DNA of 59,291 nt from an uncultured Gammaproteobacteria bacterium (lineage in GTDB: Bacteria > Patescibacteriota > Microgenomatia > Daviesbacterales > UBA10151): positions 20,469 to 79,759 of the forward strand of contig CAZGFG010000004.1 in NCBI GenBank assembly GCA_964524895.1. Reading direction: 5' to 3'. Below are positions 55,448 to 59,291 of the stretch, piece by piece. The translations under genes were made by a program, and so were the position numbers. Position 1 is the first letter of the stretch, and the number at the start of each line of letters is the position of its first letter. Below the pieces are notes generated by a model. That model was given only the letters and a program-made list of their open reading frames with translations, had not been told where the DNA came from and searched no databases.

Positions 55448-55507
55448 ATAAAGTTGTGGGAATACGCTTGTTTTTGAGACTAACTTATTATACAATCCTT
55501 CAAATCT

Positions 55508-56470
55508 ATGCCTGAAACAGACAAACTAGCATATAAAGCATATCCCTTAGGATTTTGTGCAGGAGTGGCCTGGTCTATTAGGAATGCCGAACAGGCTTTG
55601 GCAGATGGCCCAGTAGTAGGGTTGGGTAATCTGGTTAATAATTTTCCTGTTGTCAGAGATTTAGAGAGCCGAGGGATGACTTTTGTGGAAACAGTTGCAG
55701 AAATAAAGCCTGGGTCTACTGTAATGATTAGTGCCCATGGATTATCAGAGCGGGAGCGGCAAAGATTGGCAGAAAAAGGGACTAAAGTAATTGATAGTAC
55801 CTGTCCGCTAGTGGCCAGTGTGCATTCAAGAATAAAGCGAGCGCGTGAACTTGCAGAGAGTATGGGGCGCGATTGGGAAGTTTTGTATATATGTAAGGAT
55901 CTACAACATCGAGAACCTCACGGAGTAATTGACGAAGCTCCTGGAAACGTTACACCTATCAGGACAGAGGAGGATATAAAAAACTTTGCCCCAGTAGCAG
56001 GTAGGTTATATTTTATAGATACTCAAACTACCTTAAACATGGGTAAGGCAACTGTTTGGATTCAGCAAATCAAGGATAAAATACCAGATGTAAAAGTTCC
56101 TCCTTTAGGTGACGTTTGTTTTGCGACCAAAAATAGACAAGGAGCTCTAAGCCTTGTTTTGGCAGAGAAACCACAGGTTCTGTTGGCGTTTGGCTCCAAG
56201 ATCAGTTCCAATACCGGAGAATTGGTTAAAATGGGGAAGGCAGCCGGGGCAGAAGTCTTTTTGGTAGAAACTGTAGACGAAGTTAAATTAGAACTAGTAG
56301 CAGGAAAAGCTAAAGTTGCTGTTACAGCCGGTGCTTCTGCAAATCCTGCAGGACCAGATGCCTGTATGGAGTTATTAGATTCTTTGGGGTACAAAAGAAT
56401 GGATATGGTTTTTGGCAGACCTGAACCTTCTTATTTTGACACAACTCCTTTTACCGAAGATTTTAGATAA
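55508..56470 (+). CDS. ispH: 4-hydroxy-3-methylbut-2-enyl diphosphate reductase
   Basis: GFCAGV, SAHG, DSTCPLV, TQTT, VCFATKNRQ, SSNT, TAGAS; all three Fe-S Cys present. Confidence 0.92.
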   Translation: MPETDKLAYKAYPLGFCAGVAWSIRNAEQALADGPVVGLGNLVNNFPVVRDLESRGMTFVETVAEIKPGSTVMISAHGLSERERQRLAEKGTKVIDSTCPLVASVHSRIKRARELAESMGRDWEVLYICKDLQHREPHGVIDEAPGNVTPIRTEEDIKNFAPVAGRLYFIDTQTTLNMGKATVWIQQIKDKIPDVKVPPLGDVCFATKNRQGALSLVLAEKPQVLLAFGSKISSNTGELVKMGKAAGAEVFLVETVDEVKLELVAGKAKVAVTAGASANPAGPDACMELLDSLGYKRMDMVFGRPEPSYFDTTPFTEDFR

Positions 56471-56476
56471 ATAGGT

Positions 56477-57028
56477 GTGAATATGGCAAACCAACAAATA
56501 ATTCTAGCTTGTGATGAGTCAGGTAAATTCACAGGTGAATACATCCCGAAAGAAGTAGGGCATACAGGTGAGGGGAAGAGGCATTTGGCTATTGCGGTTT
56601 TAATTTATAACTCCAAAGGGGAAGTATTGCTACAAAAGAGAAAACACAAAGTCTTTGATGATATTTGGGATGTAACTGGTGCCACACACCCTCTCCATAA
56701 AAAAGACGGAACTGATGAGACTTTAGAGGAGGCAACTTTAAGGTGTTTGGAAGTTGAATATGGAATAGAGCGGGAAGATGTTAAGGGTTTAAGAAATGAG
56801 GGTGCATTTAATTATTTTGCCAAATATGAGGGTTTATGTGAAAATGAACACTGTTTCCAATTTATTGGAGAATATAATGGAAAGCTTAAGCTAAATCCAA
56901 AAGTTGGATATGGGTATAAGTGGATGGATAAAAAAGAGTTTTTAAAAGATATAGAAGCAAACCCTCAAAATTATTCCCCCTGGGCAGTTGCAGGAGTTGA
57001 AATTTTGAGGGGAAATAATTTCTTCTAA
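56477..57028 (+). CDS. type 1 isopentenyl-diphosphate isomerase-like NUDIX protein
   Basis: GH...RHLAIAV, LLQKR, THP, ENEHC, SPW; Ala at the position of the catalytic Cys. Confidence 0.75.
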   Translation: MNMANQQIILACDESGKFTGEYIPKEVGHTGEGKRHLAIAVLIYNSKGEVLLQKRKHKVFDDIWDVTGATHPLHKKDGTDETLEEATLRCLEVEYGIEREDVKGLRNEGAFNYFAKYEGLCENEHCFQFIGEYNGKLKLNPKVGYGYKWMDKKEFLKDIEANPQNYSPWAVAGVEILRGNNFF

Positions 57029-57558
57029 TGTCCGAAGTAGATGAAATCTTAGAAATTGTAAATAAATCCAACAGGATAATTGGCCAAAGAACCAGAGGAG
57101 AAATTTACAAGAATGGTTTTCTTCATAGAGCTGTTTCTGTTTTTATTGTTAACTCAAAAGGACAGATTTTTCTTCAGCAAAGATCTAAATTAAAGATGAA
57201 ATATCCACTTGCCTGGGATGTTTCTGCAGCAGAGCATGTTAAGGTAGGGGAGAGTTATGAAGATGCTGCTTTAAGAGGGATTCAGGAAGAGTTGGGGATT
57301 GATACCAAACTTAAAAAAGTTAGGGGGGTACACCTTCAGCACAATGGACATGCCAGTAAAAAAGATAAAATTATTGATGATGAATTTGTAGTCACTTTTA
57401 TAGGAGTTTATGATGGAAGAATTAACCTTGATTCTGAAGAAGTAAATGATGGAAAATTTTTTCAGATAGATAAGATTAACAAGATGATTGATTCTGGAAA
57501 GACAGAGTTTACAACCTGGTTCTTGGATGACTGGAGATATTTAATTGAGAATCTGTAA
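57028..57558 (+). CDS. second IDI-like NUDIX hydrolase
   Basis: LHRAVSVFI, QQRS..K..YP..WD, GESYEDAALRGIQEELGI. Confidence 0.85.
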   Translation: MSEVDEILEIVNKSNRIIGQRTRGEIYKNGFLHRAVSVFIVNSKGQIFLQQRSKLKMKYPLAWDVSAAEHVKVGESYEDAALRGIQEELGIDTKLKKVRGVHLQHNGHASKKDKIIDDEFVVTFIGVYDGRINLDSEEVNDGKFFQIDKINKMIDSGKTEFTTWFLDDWRYLIENL

Positions 57559-57576
57559 AAGGGTATAATTGTCTGA

Positions 57577-57792
57577 ATGATCCCAGAGTTAACTGAAATA
57601 AAAGCTGGAGTTGGAGCGTTAATTATAAATCCTGACGGAAAATTTCTTGCAATAAGAGAAACGATCCAAGATTATTATGAGTATCTACGAAGTCCGGCTG
57701 ATTATGTTCCCAGAATTCATGCTCAAGTTTCAGGAAAAATTCCACTAGAAATATTTGATTTTTTAGAGGAGTATAAGGAAGAAGAACATTAA
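57577..57792 (+). pseudogene. internally deleted NUDIX paralog of 58534..59217
   Basis: N-terminus resembles the N-terminus and C-terminus resembles the C-terminal third of ORF 58534; Nudix box absent. Confidence 0.55.
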
Positions 57793-57794
57793 CA

Positions 57795-58526
57795 ATGCTT
57801 CACAATACCCATGCTTATTTGGCATCAAAGTTATATAAATCAGAAGATGCTCTTTTGCTAACAGGAAGCATCCTCCCGGATATAGCCGTTACAAAAATTA
57901 TAACCTGGGATAAAGGACTTCATGGAAAAGAAAACTTTGAAAGTTTTTTTAAGTTTGTAGAAAAAAATTATCCTGATTTTTTGAATTTAAACAAAGGCAT
58001 ACTTGCACACAATATAGTGGATGATTTTACTCACAAAGATTATTTTGGGGGGATAGGCTATGCATATCAAAATAATAAAGAATTGTCTAAATTGGTTAGT
58101 AAATACTATGGTCTAGATGAAAAAAGAGCAGAGGGGATTGCTCATAATTATATAGAAAGTGGGGTAGATATACTGCTACTTAGGGAACATCCGGATATTC
58201 AGAAGCAGATTAGGGAAGCTGTTGGGCGGATAAACAAAAAAGATCTGGCGGATCTTTTAAGTGACTATTTCAAGGGGGATAAAAGTAAATTTTTTGCCGC
58301 TTTGTTGCAATTTTTAGATCTCTTTACTAAATATGATTTTGCTAAAGGAGATAATTGGATTTTATTTTGGGGAGATTTAGAGAAGCTACTTTCTTTGAGG
58401 GATATTGGGGTTCAACACAGGAAAGTATTACTTAATAAATCGGTGAACATAGTTAAGAATACCCACAAAGACTTTATAAATTATTCTATAAAAGAAGGTT
58501 TGAAAAAATCCTATAGTGGGGTATAA
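57795..58526 (+). CDS. zinc-dependent phospholipase C-like metal-binding protein
   Basis: N-terminal HNTHAY, GSILPD, H..D..TH, H.YIE pattern. Confidence 0.55.
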   Translation: MLHNTHAYLASKLYKSEDALLLTGSILPDIAVTKIITWDKGLHGKENFESFFKFVEKNYPDFLNLNKGILAHNIVDDFTHKDYFGGIGYAYQNNKELSKLVSKYYGLDEKRAEGIAHNYIESGVDILLLREHPDIQKQIREAVGRINKKDLADLLSDYFKGDKSKFFAALLQFLDLFTKYDFAKGDNWILFWGDLEKLLSLRDIGVQHRKVLLNKSVNIVKNTHKDFINYSIKEGLKKSYSGV

Positions 58527-58533
58527 TAATTAA

Positions 58534-59217
58534 ATGATTGACCAGAAAGCAGAGTTGGTTGCAGGAGTTTGCCCGCTTTTATTTAAGCAAGAACAGCCGG
58601 AAACGGTATTAGTGGTCCATGAGTTAACAGCAAAGAAAATTACTGGAAAATATGTAGGTATGTGGGGTTTAGGATATGAAACAGTCGAAGCAGGGGAGAC
58701 CCACAGGCAAGCAATTGACCGTTATTTTCAAGAAGAAGTGAGAGTAATCCAAGGCCAAGTTTTTACCCCGGAGGACTTAGAGGCTTCAAAATTATGTATA
58801 GTGAGGATTTCTCCTCCGGAGATGGAAGCCTGGGTACACGCATATCCTTATCCAGTATCAAAAGACTTTGCGGTAGAAAGAGGAGATTTTAAGGATGAAA
58901 TAGGCAGATCGGCTTGGGTAGATGCTACTAAAGTCCTGGAACTAGAAGGCAGTAGAAATGGCATTATTTTTCGTCCAGGTACATATGAAATTATCCGCGC
59001 TCATTTAGAAAAACTTTTGCAACCAGATTCATTTGTTACAAGAATACACGCTACACCCTCAAATTTACCAAACTGGGACCTTTTTAGATTACTAGAAGAG
59101 GGTTTCAATCAAATAGAAGCTTTGTACCATTTGGGGATTGACCCAACCCTTTTATCAAATTCCCCTGATTCAATCCGCTCATTATCATTACCTGAATCCC
59201 CAAGAGCCCTCTTTTAA
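58534..59217 (+). CDS. divergent NUDIX hydrolase
   Basis: WGLGYETVEAGETHRQAIDRYFQEE, a degenerate Nudix box. Confidence 0.65.
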   Translation: MIDQKAELVAGVCPLLFKQEQPETVLVVHELTAKKITGKYVGMWGLGYETVEAGETHRQAIDRYFQEEVRVIQGQVFTPEDLEASKLCIVRISPPEMEAWVHAYPYPVSKDFAVERGDFKDEIGRSAWVDATKVLELEGSRNGIIFRPGTYEIIRAHLEKLLQPDSFVTRIHATPSNLPNWDLFRLLEEGFNQIEALYHLGIDPTLLSNSPDSIRSLSLPESPRALF

Positions 59218-59291
59218 TTTCTAATATTTTCCCTTTCATTCCTCCTGTAACATCATGTGGATTATTTGCAGTGATCCCTTCTAAAACCTGC
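59105..59291 (-). CDS. isopentenyl phosphate kinase-like amino-acid-kinase family protein, C-terminal fragment (truncated by the window; not in the ORF track)
   Basis: manual translation QVLEGITANNPHDVTGGMKGKILEIKRGLLGIQVMIMSGLNQGNLIKGLGQSPNGTKLLFD*; DVTGGM..K and terminal GT motifs. Confidence 0.75.
   Translation of the reverse strand, partial: QVLEGITANNPHDVTGGMKGKILEIKRGLLGIQVMIMSGLNQGNLIKGLGQSPNGTKLLFD

Noticed and set aside
853-56886. Many short antisense or alternate-frame ORFs in the track (e.g. 853-1128, 1293-1583, 7150-7437, 10783-11172, 13451-13951, 39990-40427, 49310-49639)
   Set aside because: They lie wholly within or opposite well-supported genes and have no recognisable motifs; treated as shadow ORFs.

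Overview
Chromosomal segment of a small-genome bacterium read with code 11. Gene content points to Patescibacteria/CPR, probably Microgenomates; this is inferred from DUF5667, DUF5654, a stand-alone VirD4-like ATPase, a PaaX-like gene, an HTH-LAGLIDADG gene and a PolA lacking the 3'-5' exonuclease domain. Housekeeping genes include uppP, trxB, sodN/sodX, trpS, ftsH, polA, mutM, recF, pyrB-carAB, an ATP-dependent DNA ligase, pth and ispH. There are three tRNAs: Ile(UAU), an initiator Met split by a 194-nt group I intron, and Met(CAU). The most notable features are (1) the compact tRNA intron with a divergent free-standing HTH-LAGLIDADG-like gene; (2) a TGTC-tagged palindromic repeat family whose two arms enclose a GIY-YIG gene, with empty copies elsewhere, one in frame inside a coding region; (3) an accessory island delimited by tRNA-3'-end-like direct repeats and carrying a MTase/Dph6-like/LLM/AsnB-like operon; (4) a PaaX-like gene bracketed by two 28-bp palindromes with inverted central hexamers; (5) an IspH + IDI-like/NUDIX + isopentenyl phosphate kinase cluster suggesting isoprenoid precursor salvage; (6) a circularly permuted DsbA; (7) several leader-peptide attenuators and pervasive leaderless gene architecture. 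No rRNA, CRISPR array or prophage was seen. All protein calls come from motif recognition by eye, not database searches.
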